DNA of 64,000 nt from the human T2T-CHM13v2.0 reference genome, Homo sapiens (GCF_009914755.1 NC_060942.1); one strand, 5' to 3'; positions 18,877-34,160 are shown, numbered from the stretch's first letter. Translations and numbers: made by a program. The notes: generated by a model not told the origin, from the letters alone.

Positions 18877-19938
18877 ATAGATTTTCCTACTTAGCATCCC
18901 TCAGAGGTTCTACCTGTCTGAAGGATAAAGCCCAAACTCCTGAGCTTGACAGACACGGCACTTCATGCCCCAGCTGTTGCTTATCTCTTTAAACTCACTT
19001 CTCCCCATATACACACACTCACTCTCACTTACACTTACTCACTAAGCTCTTCCACATTAAATTACTTTCTGAGCCTCACACCCAATGCATCTTAATTTTA
19101 TTGTCTTTGTTCATGCTATTCTTGTCATCCCTTTCTTCCGTTTTCCACCAGAAACACACCTATTCAGTCCTTAATACCCAGTTCAAATGTCACTGGCATC
19201 TTTTGTGAGGACTTCTCTGACCTTCAAGGCAAAGTTAAGTTTTCTTCCTCAATACTTTTGTACACTTCGTCTCTAATATTTCTGATCTGGCTTTTAAGAG
19301 GCTGGTGGGGTCTCCCTTATCACCAGAGGTGGCCTTTTGATTGATCTCTCCACTGGCCCCTCTAGATTGATATGAGAACTCTGGCCTGCTGCCCTCAGGG
19401 TAAGCCAGCAGTCACTCCATTACAGGATCACACACAAGCTATGAGGTCAAGCATCAGGGAAGGATGTGCTCTGGGCTCAGAAAGCCTATAACAAGTTTTT
19501 TGGTTTTTCATATTTTTCTTAAAATATAACATCTATCCAGAAAAGTGAGCAAATCATAAATGTACCACTTAATCAATGAATTTCCCATAAATGAACACAC
19601 CAATGTAACCAGTATGCAGGTCAAGAAACAGAATATTACCAGCATCCAGAAGATTCTCAACAATTGGACATAAAAATGCATTTTAACTGTTTAAACTTAT
19701 TATTAAAAGTTATCAATTTTCAATATGCAAGCAGTTACTAGCTTTTTGAAGACATTTCAGAAGTGACAAAAGCCAAAATGCCACTGAGGAAGTCACTCAA
19801 AGGGTCTGGAGACACTGTGTTCCATTCCAAAGAAAAACTCAAGCCCTCAAGTCACCTGGGCCCCACCGTGAGTACACCTGAGCCTTGGAGCTGAGCCAGG
19901 TGCAGGAGAGACAGGTACATTATCTAACTGAGTGAAGC

Positions 19939-20397
19939 TGTTACTGAAACACCAGGGGTTCAGTCTAGATCCTACTGCTCACCCCACAGAAAGCCAATGA
20001 CTGAGGTGATGTTGCCAAGGAAGAAGGTTTTAATCGGGTGCTGCAGCCAAGGCAATGGGAGCTCTGTCTCAAATCCATCTCCCCCACTGACTAAAAGTAG
20101 GGATTTACATAGCAGAAAAGAAATGTAACAAGGTGTAAGAAAACAGAAACTAGGGAGGGGCAAGGAAGCAACGATGATAAATAAGGGATTTGGCATCTCA
20201 TTGTCTGGATGCAGCAATTTGTTCCAGAGTTTCAGGTTTTTTATACTTTTTTGAGAGGCCTGAAGGTCATTTCCTTAAAAAGGAACTCAGATAAAACAAA
20301 TGTAAGTTTCAATGTTTAACACAAGGGTCCATTTCTATGTTTATCCAAAAAATAAAAATAAAAAAATAACATCTATGTGACAACTGGGTCAGTTTCA
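19939..20397. mobile_element. Solo ERV1 (MER4-group-like) LTR
   Basis: TG...CA termini (TGTTACTGAAACACCAGGGGTTC ... GGGTCAGTTTCA), ~460 bp, imperfect 4-bp flanking duplication; subfamily uncertain. Confidence 0.65.
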
Positions 20398-21944
20398 AAA
20401 CAACCAGAGCTCTCTGGAGAACAAGATGACTTCAACTCTGAGGACATTCCAAGCAAGGGAAAAGGGAAGTGAGGTGGAGAACAGCTGTGACTGCTTGCCC
20501 GCCAACTCTATACTGGTGTCTCTACTAAGGACTTCACATATACCTTCTCACTGATACCACTGAGACGGCTGTCCCCCTTTTAAAGAAAAGAGAAAGGTAA
20601 CAGGACTTGTCCCAAATCTACATATTATGATGCTCAGAAGCCCCTAAACCACGATCTCAACCTATTTGGCTCCCAGTGCATCTTCCTAGAAGAAACAGCA
20701 CAGGCAACGGCCTGGGATGGGAATAAGGACAATTTGTCCCAGGGCACTTCCCCTGTGAAGGAACTGACACCTTCACGCAACATCCCATTGAGGAGTAATG
20801 AGAGTTAAGGATGGAGGTGTGGAGTCATGCCCCATTACAGAGGGAGGGTCCTGAAAACATGTAGAGGAGCTTTGATGGAGGGCATCTCTCATTGGCCCCA
20901 ACCTGCTACTTCACCCTTCCTGCCCCTCCATGTGTGATGGTTGAGAAGACTGTGCTTGTGTGTGAAATCTTGAGTGTAATTTTTCTTCTGCAGATGTATT
21001 GATGTTTCATGTGGGTGTTTTGGTAGTCCCTACTGCCCTGGGATTTTCTATGACAGAAAATGTGCTGGCTCTGTTATTGACACATCATCCCGGCCCCCAG
21101 GAGTACACAGGGGTTTGGAATGGCACCCTGACCTCCTGGCCTGATGTGCTTTCAGGAAAAGCACAATCCCAGCAGCTCACATGAGGCAGTGGGAAAACAA
21201 GCCTGTGTCACTGCTGTGTGTGCACGTGGGTTACAACACATTCCTTCTTTATCCTGAGAGGTCCTGTATTCCAGGGAAGAGTGCAGAGCAGCATGTTGCT
21301 TACAACCCCCTCCACTGACTTTCAGGGCCCTTCTGTGAGGCCAGCTGACCTGCCCAGGAACCTTGCTGCCCTCTGTTGTTGAAAGCTGCAGGGTTAGAGG
21401 CACCGCATACCCTGAAGTGTGCGGGAGGCTGAACAGGTGCCAACACTCCACCCCTCACCAGCCCTGGACAGCTCACCTCGCCAACCCTCTGTTTCCTCAG
21501 CTTGTAAAAGGAAGATAATGCCACATGAAATGATGAGGAAGCATCTGCCCCACCCCATTAAAACGTAAGTCCTAAAGGACAGAAATCACGGATGGCAGAG
21601 CCAAGCGCAGGGACCTACTGGGGGAAAGTGCTGAATAGGACTCTGATGAATGGCTCTGCGTGCTCCTCATCCTCCTGCCTTTAACAGCCAACTGGTTCTA
21701 ATTGCTTCTAGCTGGCTCCAACTGCTTCTAGGTGATGCTAACTGCTCCCCTATGCCCATGCTCTCATCTTCCCCGTCACTTCTGTGCAAACAATCCCCAA
21801 ATTCGGTGTCTCCAGCCCTGGATTCTTACCCAGTCCAAAATCCCACATCTCCAACTGCATCCTGGCCATGTCCACCTGCCTGCCCAGACATCTCAGACTC
21901 TGTCACAGAATGGACTCCTAGTTCACTTTGCTCCACTTCCTATT

Positions 21945-22900
21945 TTCATTTTAACGTTGTTATTAAAGCATGATAGATTTACATTGAAGTGCACACATCA
22001 CAAGTAGACAGCTTGATGAACCTTCATGAATGGACACACCCAGGTAACAAGCACCAGATCAAGCAGCAGAACATTATCAGCATCCCAGAAGTCCCCCAGG
22101 GCCCTCTTCCAGGGATGACCAATGGCCTGACTTCTGTCTGCTTAGCCTGTTTTTGAACTTTGTATAAATGAAATTATACAGTCTGTTCTCTTCCATGTCT
22201 GGCTTCTTTTGGTCAACATTGTGAGATTCATTCATACCATTGCATGGAAGGGTAGACCACCCATTCTCTTGCTGTGCAAGTACAGTATGACTTACCCAAT
22301 ATATTGCTGATGGCAATCAGATTGTTTCCCTTTGGGGGCTATGATGAGTCCTGCTGTACTGAACTTGATGGTGCATGTCTTTTCTTGTGACTATATGTAC
22401 ACATTTCTTTTGTGTATAGTCCCAAGAAGGAATTGCTGGGCCATGGATTATGCATTTCTGCTCTCAGAGATGCTGCCAGCAGTTTTTTTGGGTTTTTTTG
22501 GTTTTCTTTGTTTTTTTTTGAGATGGAGTCTCACTCTGTCACCCAGGCTGTAGTGCAGTGGCGCGATATTGGCTCACTGCAACCTCCACCTCCCTGGTTC
22601 AAGTCTCCCAGGTAGCTGGGATTACAGGCGCCCACCACCATACCCAGCTACTTTTTCTTTTATTTTTAGTAGAGACGGAGTTCTACCACGTTGGCCAGGC
22701 TGGTCTGAAACACCTGACCTCAGGTGATCCACCTGCCTCAGCCTCCCAAAGTGCTGGGATTACAGGAGTGAGCTGCCGCACCTAGCCGGTGCCAGCAGTT
22801 TCTAAAGTGATCGTATCAATGCACATTTCTACCAGCAGTGTGGGTAAGTTTTGGCAACTCCACTTCCCTGCCAACAATTGATGCCATTTTTGATTCACCC
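21945..22900 (-). mobile_element. Old L1 (L1ME-like) 3' fragment interrupted by an antisense Alu (~22487-22789)
   Basis: GAACATTATCAGCATCCCAGAAG...CCTGTTTTTGAACTTTGTATAAATG...CCCAAGAAGGAATTGCTGGG; Alu TSD TGCCAGCAGTTTT at 22474 and 22790. Confidence 0.75.
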
Positions 22901-23566
22901 TTCCATGCCTAAGGTATTTCTTTTTTCCTCCAGAATGATCTCATATTTTCAGCCCTTTCCTCTCAGTACTGTCCTGCTTCAGGAGAGCTCACAGTGAGGC
23001 TCCCTGGCACTGGCCCTCAGGCCACCCCGTGGACTGCTCCCAGATAAGCTCCCTAAATGCTGCTTTCATACTCACACTGTTCTGTCCACAGAACTTCAAT
23101 TACTCCTGATCTCCAATTACTTTAGAGTTATATCTGTTCATCTGGTTTTTGACACTCTGCAAACCTGGTCAATAATCCAGAAGACCTCATCTTTCCTTTG
23201 GGCTTCATAATTCCTACATATCATTTTCCAATGTCATAATCTCTCTTCCAGTAAGTCTCCAGCATCAGCTTGTTTGGCAGGAAAACTGTCTTCTTTGTTA
23301 GCAGTTCTGTAAGGAACCCTCCCTCCCTACTAGCTGGAGAGGGTAGTGGCAGCAAAGCCTCAGAGAATTTGTTCCAACACCCTTGTTTTCAGAGAAGCCC
23401 CAAAGTTGTAAAGAACTTTTTAAAAAATCCTAATGACTTGGCAGGTTTTCATAACTTTCTTAAAGTGGCAACCACCACTTCTTATTTGTTACTATTCTTT
23501 ATTTAATACGAAAACAGGCAGAACTTTGGAGCTACAGGCATCAAGCATCTGCTGCATTTAGGGAGG

Positions 23567-23883
<317 letters not shown>

Positions 23884-26800
23884 TAGAAAGTGTTTGAAAC
23901 CTTCCATCATTACAGAGAATCATAGAAATGCATGGAAAATAGAGAGCAGGCAAATGATGCTTATTTCTCCCACGTTAAGAAGAAAAATCAGACTGCTCTG
24001 TGTTTAATATTTGCTTACAGTTTATATAGTTATTACTTGAATGTTATATAGTTATTAGAATGTTATGTAGTTATATATATAACATGTTATATAGTTATAT
24101 AGACTGTTACTATAGTTATTACTTGAATCCTACTTTATATAGGAAATCCCAATGCATTCTAGTTCATATTGCCCATATTATTGAACGTAGAGCATAATTT
24201 TGCTATTTTAAATGGCATAGGATTCATAGTTGCATCTTGTCTTTGATAATATAGTATTTTTCTTACTTGTACTTTATTTGATGGTGAGTCCTTTGGTAGG
24301 GGCAGTAGGGGTTCCATGTCTGGTCATTGTATCATACAACATGAGGAAGGGAATGTCAGAAGATGCTATCAGTTCTGATGCCTTATGCAAACATAAAGAA
24401 ACAGTGCTTTCCTTGTGGACATAAGTGGGGGCTAGATTCACAGGCCATGACTCACAGCACACACCTTCTAGTCTGATCACAGGCTGTTTGAAGCCCCTAA
24501 AACAAGCCATGCTTCTCTTGGCTTATCCTTAAGTCTCTCCCCTGAAGGCCACTCTCTCTTTTCCTGCCTTCGCTAAATGCTACTCAAATATTAAGGGCCT
24601 TATTAGGCCAACATCTTTAGTAAAGTTCCTTCTGCTTACTCTAGACTCTACTGATATTACCCAAACTCTCTTAATCCTAAATTGTGTCTGCCCACAATTT
24701 AGCACTTAATTGCATATCACATAGTATCATTTAAGGGAGACTTAAAATCTGGCAGTTCTTGATTGAACTTGATGGGCATCCCGTCCCTCCCTGGAAGACC
24801 ACATAATGGGTTCCCTTTTAGCTAATGATATTACAAACCCCTTGTGTGCTAAGGAAGAAGCATTATTTTGCCCCAATGTCACCATTGATCTTATGCAGCC
24901 TTGACTTTCACTGATGCTCCCTGTGTCTTATTGCCTCCCCAGGTGCAAGAATTATCTCACACCTCACACCATTCCCTGGAGTCCTGAGGACTTACCCAGA
25001 TACTCAGTAGGATGGGAAATTGGGGGTGAAAAATGACAGTTAATTGGAAGGGCATGGCCTGCAGCCTGAGAGAAGTTGCTGAGTTTGGAAAGTAGGAAGG
25101 CGGTGAACTGGCCAAGGGATCATGAGTTTACAGCTTGTGACCACGATGTAAAGGAAGGACCGGTCCCATTCCACACCTGATCCTTAGGGGCCTCAGGCCT
25201 CTGGGTTTGGCAGCTGGGATTGGTATTGTTCTGTGTCATCCACAATGATCTCTGCCAAAGAGGGCCTGAAGATACAGGCTTCCTTCCTGCTTGCCGGCTT
25301 CAGAATGGCTCGGGTGTTCCCAGAACTGGCCAATCTATGCACCTAGAGCTGAGGCTTGACACTCCCCAGGTTCAGGGCAGTCCTAGAAGCAAGCTAAAGC
25401 CTCTCCCCTTGGGGTAGATCTCCAAGGCTGGCATCCTGGGAGCTTGGTGCATAAGGCTGATTCACCTGCCACAGGACCTATGAGCTCTGTGTGTGTCCCC
25501 AGTGGCAAGGGCATTGACCCTGGGCTACCTGTCCCAGTCACAATTCTGGACCCCTGCTCTGAGGGCTATATTTAGAGGAATTGTACCCCGACTTCCCTGC
25601 CAACCTAGAGACACACACACCCTATCTCAGGACCTCACAGGAACTCATCCTAGTCTTCAAGTATCAGAGTCGTTCACCCATTTATTCATCCATATACTCA
25701 ACAAATAACTATTATGAATCTCCATGAGCCAGACACTGAACCTGGGGCTACATCAGTAAACAAGACCATCCCAGACTCTGCCCTCAGGAAGCTAGCCAGT
25801 GAGTGGGGAAGCTCTATAAAGCAGACAGTTGCAAGATCCTGTAATTACGGTGAGAGGAAAGAGAAATATTTTGGGAGATGCATGCCAATGACTGTGGCCT
25901 GAAGTTTGACCTTTTCTCCATCAGGCAGTCATAATGGAAGATGCTTACCCACCCCTGTCCTGGGGTAGGAGGGATAGCAGATGGGATGGCAGTGTCATTT
26001 AGAAAATTGCCTTCAAAATGTCTATTTTTATAATGTAGGCTATAGAAAGTACAGTTCCACACAGTGTTTTGTTATTTTGGCCTTTTAGACAAAGAAGTCA
26101 TATGTATCCTGGTGTGGTATAGGAGAGAATTACTGCAGGGTCCCTGAATTTACAAAGATCAAGGAATCCAAGGTGGAAAAACCAGGGCATGGAACCCACC
26201 AAGAAAATGTTTCAAGAAGTCCCCTGAGACCCTGGGGTGGGGATTGCTCCTGCAATGCAGTGGGTGTCAGTCCTGTGAGTGGGCAGGATGCAGAGGCCTC
26301 TGGCTAAACCACACAAGGTGCTGCCAGACTCCCTGGGCTGGAGGAAGCCCTGCCCCTGTGCGTGCAAGCATCACCCTCCCGTGACATGTGATGATGTCTC
26401 ATGGTAACTGATGGCCTCAAGGCACCCACCAAACCTATATGAAGCAACCAGCACCACGCAGAGGGTGGGACCTGATGGAGTGACTTGATGAAGTTTAATG
26501 GGAGGACAAGGCTTGGCCTAGAGTGTTGCCTTCCATTGGTGTGGCCCAGCATGCAACGGCACACTCCCTGCTGCCAGCTGGAATGCCACCATGACTCACT
26601 TGGGCTCACCATGGCATCTCCAAACAAGACATCGGAATTTGTAAACTGTCCCCACTCCAGGGGCTGAATTCATGCCTTTTCACCTAGTCTCAAGGACAGG
26701 GATGCTTTACAGCAGTGCTTTCCAAACAAATCCCCTGGGGACCTACTTAATGCAAATTCTGATTCTGAAGGTCTGGGTGGGACTGAGATGTTTCATTTCT

Positions 26801-28360
26801 AAACAAGTTCCAGGGGATGTCAATGTTGCTGATCTGGGGACCACACTGTGAGTAGCAAGACCTGAAAACATTCACCAAAGTGAGTGAAATTTAACCTTCA
26901 CTTCTCCTTCACAAGGAAGGATGATCGGCTCCACCATCTGGTGCTCACTCAGCAAGCATTTGTTGAGCCTAGGAACTGAGATAATGGTAACACCATTGGC
27001 GGAAATAATGAAGTCAGAGACAGGAACTGTTGTTTTAGGAGAAATAATAATAATTACCTTTGCTTGAATGCCTGTCCTGTTCTATGATCTTGTTTGATCC
27101 TTATATTTGGAAGGTAGATATTATTAATCTTCATTAATTTCATAGTGGAATTAGGCTCAAAAAGGTGAAGTGATTTTCCCTGAGGTGTCATTGCTGGCTG
27201 GAAATTGAACCTGGTCTATTAAACTCCAAAATCTACCTGATCCCACTGTGAAGCAGTTCCTTGTTCTAGAGAGTGGGGAATTAGCGTTAAGTAGATTCAG
27301 CATAGTGGTTCGCAACCTTGCCTGCACGTTAGAATCACCAAGAAAACTTTAAACCCCCCCACACCCCAAACTAATTACAATAGACTCTCTAGGGGAGGGA
27401 TGCTCTATCCACATTTTTTAAAGCTCTCCAGGTAATTCCAATGTGCAGACAAGCCTGGGAATCGCTGAGTTAGCCCAACTCTTCTCCTAAGAAGTGAGCA
27501 ATTGAGAAGCCAATAAATGAAATGGCAACCTTGTCAGAACTAGTATCTCTCCATTCCTTCTCCAGGACTGTTTCCAATAAACTGGCTAAACATAACATGC
27601 TGTAGTGGGATGAAGCAGAATGGGAAAGAAAGTAGGATACAGGAATTTGCCAAGGGAAAATACATAAGGAGCTGAGAATCCAAGCCAACACTGGAGGCAA
27701 CACACATTTAGGAGCTGAGGAGAAGATTCTGAAAGATAGAGAATTTCACCAAACTAAAATCTTTAACATCAAGAACAACATTTCTTCATTTAGGAAGCCT
27801 CCTGTGTTTGGCATCTCTTACACGATGGATGAGTGAACGGAGGAAACGAGAAAGGTGGTGTGGCTCTAATGGACAAGAAAGTTCAGAAGCCAAGTTGAGT
27901 AGGAAATGGGTGTCACATTGGGATTGAGGAAAGGCATAATAACAGGTGAGATGGCTTTACCCAGTGTGAATCTACTGAAGGAAGGACTATAAAAGTGAAT
28001 GGCCTCCATGAGGAAGTCATATTGTAAGGTTTTCTGATTAGGATTAGGATGATTTTTAAATAATAGAATGGAATACACCAAGTAGAGAAATAAATGGAAC
28101 AATCTGCTTGAAGCAAAAAAAAAAAAAAAAAAGGCTTGAGGCTACTCTACGGACCATAATGCCATCTCTTGCCATAATCAAGAGAAAAGGCCAGAGCCCC
28201 CCACCATCTCCTCAAAGAGAAATCTTAGATAACAGAACAAAGTTCTGGGTACTCCACCAACCACCTGGGATGCCCCTGGATAAACTTCATCCTTCAAGGC
28301 TGTCATGGATGTTAAAATGAATTTCTCCTTATTAAACATTGAGGATAAAAAGCTATTGAG

Positions 28361-28492
28361 GACCAAGTGTGGTCTTCCCCTATAATCCCAGCATTTTTGG
28401 AGGCTGAGGTGAGAGGGTTGCTTGAGGCCAGGAGTTCAAGATCAGCCTGGGCAACCTAGCAAGACCCCTTGGTTACAAAAAATAAAAATAAA
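28361..28492 (+). mobile_element. Monomeric Alu (FLAM-like)
   Basis: Single monomer with A-tail; TSD AAAGCTATTGAG on both sides. Confidence 0.8.
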
Positions 28493-30170
28493 GCTATTGA
28501 GCAATTGGTTGGGAGACTTACATGGCAGTCAAGTCTCTTGGGGGTTCTGTAGACCCCAGGTTTTAAAAAAGTGTGAGTCAGAAGGAGCCAAAATGCTAAG
28601 TGATGTTGGGCATTAAAAGTCCACATGGGGATATTGTTTTACTCATCATATCACAAGGTGTGTTTAAGTTTCTGCCTAGGATTTTCCATCTCACTCAACA
28701 ATGTTTAATTCATTGTCCATGTTGATGTGGGTTTAATTGTGAGATCACAGACAGTTGTCTTCAAAGATGACATCTCCTGAACCATGCCTTAGACACTCTT
28801 CTGTATGAAGGAAGGACATTTCCTCACCCATCCTCACTCCCCTGGCCCACTTTCAGACCTCCACTGACACTTTGGGACTGGCTGGCCGGCGTGCCAGTGT
28901 GTCATGCTGCTGGGGACTAGAAAGCTAAGTGACCTACCCAGGAATAAACTCTTTGACTTCCCTCACATCAGCACATCCTAGCCACCTCAGGCCCAGGACA
29001 AAACTAAACATTAGCCCCCAGTTTAAATATGTCCCTTGGTCCAGGTGTTGGGAGAAAATAATCAGCAACCTCAGCTGAGTGAGAAAAAGACTGCAGGTAG
29101 GGAAAATGGATAAACAATGGGAAACCTGTGCCTCCTTGTGTATGCCCTATTTCTTCCCACATTGCTATTTCTCCAGGACCCACAATTGACACCCCAGTTG
29201 GGAGAAGGTTCCACTGGTCCCAAGAAGCTGAATTAAAAGCTGGCTTCTTCCGGTACCAGAAACAAAGTCAATGCGAACACTTCTCCAACTAAGACTTACA
29301 ATAGTGTTGAGAGTCGCCATCTTTTGTTTAAAAGCAGGGGTTTGTGATTAATTAGGAACCCTCCTTTTAGTTCTATCACCATTTATTCATCTGAATCTTG
29401 AATGAGAAATGGAAAATTTTGTATTTTTCCAATGCTATACAGAAAGGATAATGGTGCTGTAATGCCTAGCTGATTTTTAAGTACTAATAAGAGATGTAGC
29501 ATCCAAAATAAATAAATAAAGCCTTCTCTACTGGGTGTTAATCTTGCTTTTGAAGAAAACTTGGACTCGGGTTTATTCTTTAACAACAGGATACCATGTT
29601 AGAGGTACAGGGGATTCTCCTCTGTGTCTATAGTATCCCTGCAATCTGCATTTCTTAGGCCAACGCTGTTATAGTGAGAGTTGCTAAGGCTGTGGTCAGT
29701 TAAATCATAATACTCCAGTTTCCCAACTCAAGAAGTTGAGGATGCAGTGTTGTCCAGTTTCATGTCAACTAATGGAACAGGTCATTGAATAGTTTGTCCA
29801 GTTTGCCCTTAAGTTCCTTCTGCCTTTGCCCCACAACCCAGCCTCGGTGATACCAAGAGAAAAGAAAGTAGAGGCCAGGGGAATGGGAGGAGGGGTCAGG
29901 GTCAAAGGACTTTGAATCACTGTCCAGCTCTTGGCTGTCAATTGGTGTAAGGCAGGAGAATAGTAACAGGGAGGATTCCTAATAACCACAAAGGTCATTA
30001 AATCAGGCTGAGCAACAAAACTGTGCAGCTGGCAGATACTCAGTCTCCAGTTGAGACAAATGATGAGGAAGGGGCCTGAGCCAGCTGCCACCTCCCCAGC
30101 TCCAGAGAATAGTCGCACTTTAATACACCTGCCCCATCCCAGCCAGGCCCCTGGTGAGTAACTCAGATCC

Positions 30171-30403
30171 TGATCTATGCATGGGCAGTTTAATGTTACA
30201 CATAATTTTCACCTCAAGAGTATGTAATTGGGCAGCACCCACACTCAGGAATTCTATAAGACATTCTCATGCTTCTCTGTCCCCTCACCCTCAACAAAGA
30301 GCATGGCAAGGACTGCAAGTCTGGAATACAACATTCCTTTGCAGTGTGTTCTGAGCCCACGGATGTTTTGGTTTGGCAAACCTTCAGACAAAAAGACAGC
30401 AGA
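30171..30403 (+). repeat. Left arm of long inverted repeat (partner 31816-32050)
   Basis: Reverse complement of 31816-32050 aligns at roughly 85% by hand; parallel spurious ORFs ...FYKTFSCFSVPSP on opposite strands. Confidence 0.92.
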
Positions 30404-30766
30404 TCGATCTGGGTGCCCAGCGAGCCCCATTCGCAATGGTGATGCCAGGCCGTCCCACCTCCTCTTCCCGGCCCAATTATCAAATCGAGCTCAACTTCCT
30501 AACCTTGGGGCCAGCATCCCCTCATCTTTTACAGTAAGAGAACAATCCGATGCATGTGGTTTATCCTTAGCAGGGGCCTAGGGAAACGCGGCCATGCCAG
30601 TCCCCACCCCTCATTTTTCCAACACTTTACTCTCCTTTTCATCTGAGCCTAAAGAGATTGAGATGATTCTCCTCCTACCTCTTTCCCTATTGTTCCTCAC
30701 TGGGAAATGATTTTTTCTTTTAATCTTGAAGAAACAAAAGGCGCAAGCCTGGGAGGGAGGATGATG

Positions 30767-31157
<391 letters not shown>

Positions 31158-31815
31158 GAAACAAAAGCTGGCTTCTCGGTGTTCAAAAAAAATAAAAATG
31201 AAAATTTTTAAAAGCTCAAGGTATTGCTAGACAATATGGCTCCTTGCACAGACACACTAGCACCCCTTTTCTCAAGACATTTTAGTACCATCTTCAAGAA
31301 CTTTGTTGCAATAAACACACAAATTTCTAGGACATTAATAGTGACCCCCTTAGACGTGGTGCATTTGTGCAGTGCACAACCTGCACACCCTTACGCATTG
31401 GCCCATGACACCAGAGACTACATTATGAGCCTTACACTGGTCTGATTTTAATTTAAAAGCTGGAAAGGTGACAGATGGGCATCTGATGAAAGTTGTAGGT
31501 AGGGATGGAGATTACATGAACCCTCTGCTTTGTGCAGGAGGAACAACATCTCTGGATGCTCCCAGCTATTGATCCCCGTTTACTCCTAAAATGGATGGAA
31601 TAATTTCAGGACTGCATTTAAGGGGAGCTAAAAACTTAGGGACCTCAGTGCCTCCTTTCATCACCCGTCATTGTGTTCCCCCAGCAAGGGCAGGCAGTGG
31701 AGGTTTGAGTGAGACTTTTGCACTCTCTGTGCTGCCTTGATCCTTGGCTTCACTCTAGGGAATGCCTACATCAAAGGGTCCCCTCCAAGTGTCGTTCTGG
31801 GAGTTTTGGCTCTCG

Positions 31816-32050
31816 TCTGGTACCTTTTTATCTGACTGTTTACCAAACCAAAGAACTCAGTAGGCTCAGAACTCACTGCAAAGGAACATTCTGTTCCAGA
31901 CTTGCAGTCCTTGCCACTCTCTTCGTGGGGGGGTGAGGGGACAGAAAAGCATGAGAATGTCTTGTAGAAGTCCTCAGTGAGGGCACTGCCCAATTACATA
32001 ATCTTGAGGTGCCAATTATTTATAACATTAAACTGCCTATGCGTAGATCA
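31816..32050 (-). repeat. Right arm of long inverted repeat (partner 30171-30403)
   Basis: See left arm. Confidence 0.92.
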
Positions 32051-33980
32051 ATATCAAGCAGCAATCAAATGAAACAGTGTTATAATTTCTGATTAAAACA
32101 ACACAAATTTAGAAATACCAACAAATGCAAGGTATTGTAGAAAAAATATGAAAATTGTGTTTTATCCATAGTTGCATTCTCCTTTCTCCATTTTGTCACC
32201 TAGTTCTTATGTCCTCTTACGTATATTTGATGAACTGCCTCAAAATCTTTCTGGAAAGAGAGGTCCATTAGGAATGGAGAGAGCTATTGGATCCTGACTT
32301 CATCATCCGGTACCTTCCGGCCCAGATGGGACTGTGCATCGTAAGATATATTCTAAAAAATAAGACAGTACCAGAACTGTTGCAGAGCTAGGCGGCATGA
32401 TTTCATGGCCAGTGAGGAATAGAGATGTAAACTGCTTTAAGTGCACAGAAGCCCACTGCGAAATCCAAATAGATTTGGGCAGAGTATGAGGAGGGGGAGG
32501 AGAGAGAAAACATTCTAGGGGCAGAAACTCCAAGAAGAAAGTCGAAGAGGAGAGCAGCTTTATGTAGGTTCATTTGTGATTGTTCCAGGCAGAGAGATGG
32601 AAGGTGCATTCACTTGGTATGGGAACAGAGAGGGGCACCCAAAGAGGAGATGCAAGGGAAAGACCAAGGAAAGACAATGTTAGGGCATACTCAGCAAATG
32701 ACTCTCTGGAAATAATAAAGGAGCTACTGTAGAAAGAACAGAGAAAAGTTCATTGTATTGTGCAATTAGGCTGTTAAAAGCACCGAGAACACATGTATGC
32801 ACGCAATGAGTGCCCAGTTGTCTACAGCAACAGGGTGGCAGCGGACCCTGGCATCTCAGAATCCTGCAGTATGAGAATTTGGCAAGCCCTGCATCAGAAA
32901 GCTACCTAGTTCACAGTTCTTGAATGAAGCAAATGGTTTCCTCTGTACTCATAACTGCACCCCTTCTGATGTCAAAGCAGGGAGAAGTTTGTCCCCTTAT
33001 TCAAGCCAGGAGGAAGGTTCCATTTGGAAACCCCCAAGGTAAACCAGTGCTGATTGAGAGGGGCTGACATCAGAATGGGGGCACCTCTACATGTTCGGCA
33101 CGGTGCTTTGAAGATGTCATCCCTCATCACAACTTTATAAAGGAAGAAAAGTTACCCCACTTTACACTGAGGAATCTGAGGCTCAGAAACTGTGAGTAAC
33201 ATGCCTAAGGTCATACAGCTTGTCAGAGAAAAGCTAATATTCAAACTCAGGTTTATCTGACTTGGAATTCCATGTGCCTTGTGCTGCCTTGTGCATACAA
33301 TATGGCAAGGCTGTAATTTGTGGCCCCCCACTTAAGGTGTGGCTTTACAGGGACCAGGAGAAAGGCCAGGGAGGGAGGGTGGGTACAGAAAGAGGTGGTT
33401 TTTCCAAGGAGGTCTGAGATTCACTACACACCTTCAGCCCTAACCAGTGCGACTGAGACAGAAGGCTCCATGGGTGTCATGTGGAGGCAGCTTCAGGATG
33501 AGGTCCATAAATATGCATCATGGCCAAGTTGAGTGAAGGAATTAATGAAAAGCAAACATACAGGCAGAAGTTGGAAATATTGGACAGCACTGGAGTGGCT
33601 AAAATTACAAACTTTGAGTCAGACTTTGAGCAAGTTATTTCAACTCTGAGCCTCAGATTGCTCATCTACAAAATGGGGACAATAGTATAATATAGGAATT
33701 TTGCAAATGCTCTACCATTTGTGGCAGTTATTATTCTCATTACCATCATTAGCATGATTATTTCTATCAGGGACAGTGGCCCATTTGCATAAGGAAGTCA
33801 TGGAGACACTAGTATGATTCCTTTCATTCCCAAAGCAGGCCACTCACAGTGTCTCCAGAAGATTCACTTTTCTCCTTCAGGGAAACCCGAGGAGCTTATT
33901 TTCTCCTTATTTTACCAGGGAAAAAATGTTGGAAGGAGATTTGCCTGAACCTGGAAACTCTTATTATGAACCTAGACCTA

Positions 33981-34160
33981 TACACACCCTATCTCAGCTG
34001 CTCGGGAGGCACTTGGAGGAAGGATGTCCCAAGCCGGCAAGAACCCTGTGGTCTGGCGGGTGTCCAGCGGGTGGAGCCAGAGAGCTCCCAGCCATGGGCC
34101 ACCTGGCTGAAGGCTGATAAGTACTATCTGCACATCCAAGCAGGCAGGAGACCCAGATAA
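33981..34160. promoter_or_regulatory. Candidate erythroid enhancer: clustered GATA sites with E-boxes
   Basis: CTATCT 33989-33994 next to CAGCTG; CACCTG 34100-34105 then TGATAA 34115-34120; CTATCT 34124-34129; AGATAA 34155-34160; ~1 kb upstream of exon 1. Confidence 0.5.

Noticed and set aside
18664-18897. Poly-His (minus) and poly-Val (plus) ORFs
   Set aside because: Translation artefacts of the (GGT)n repeat; no splice or promoter support.
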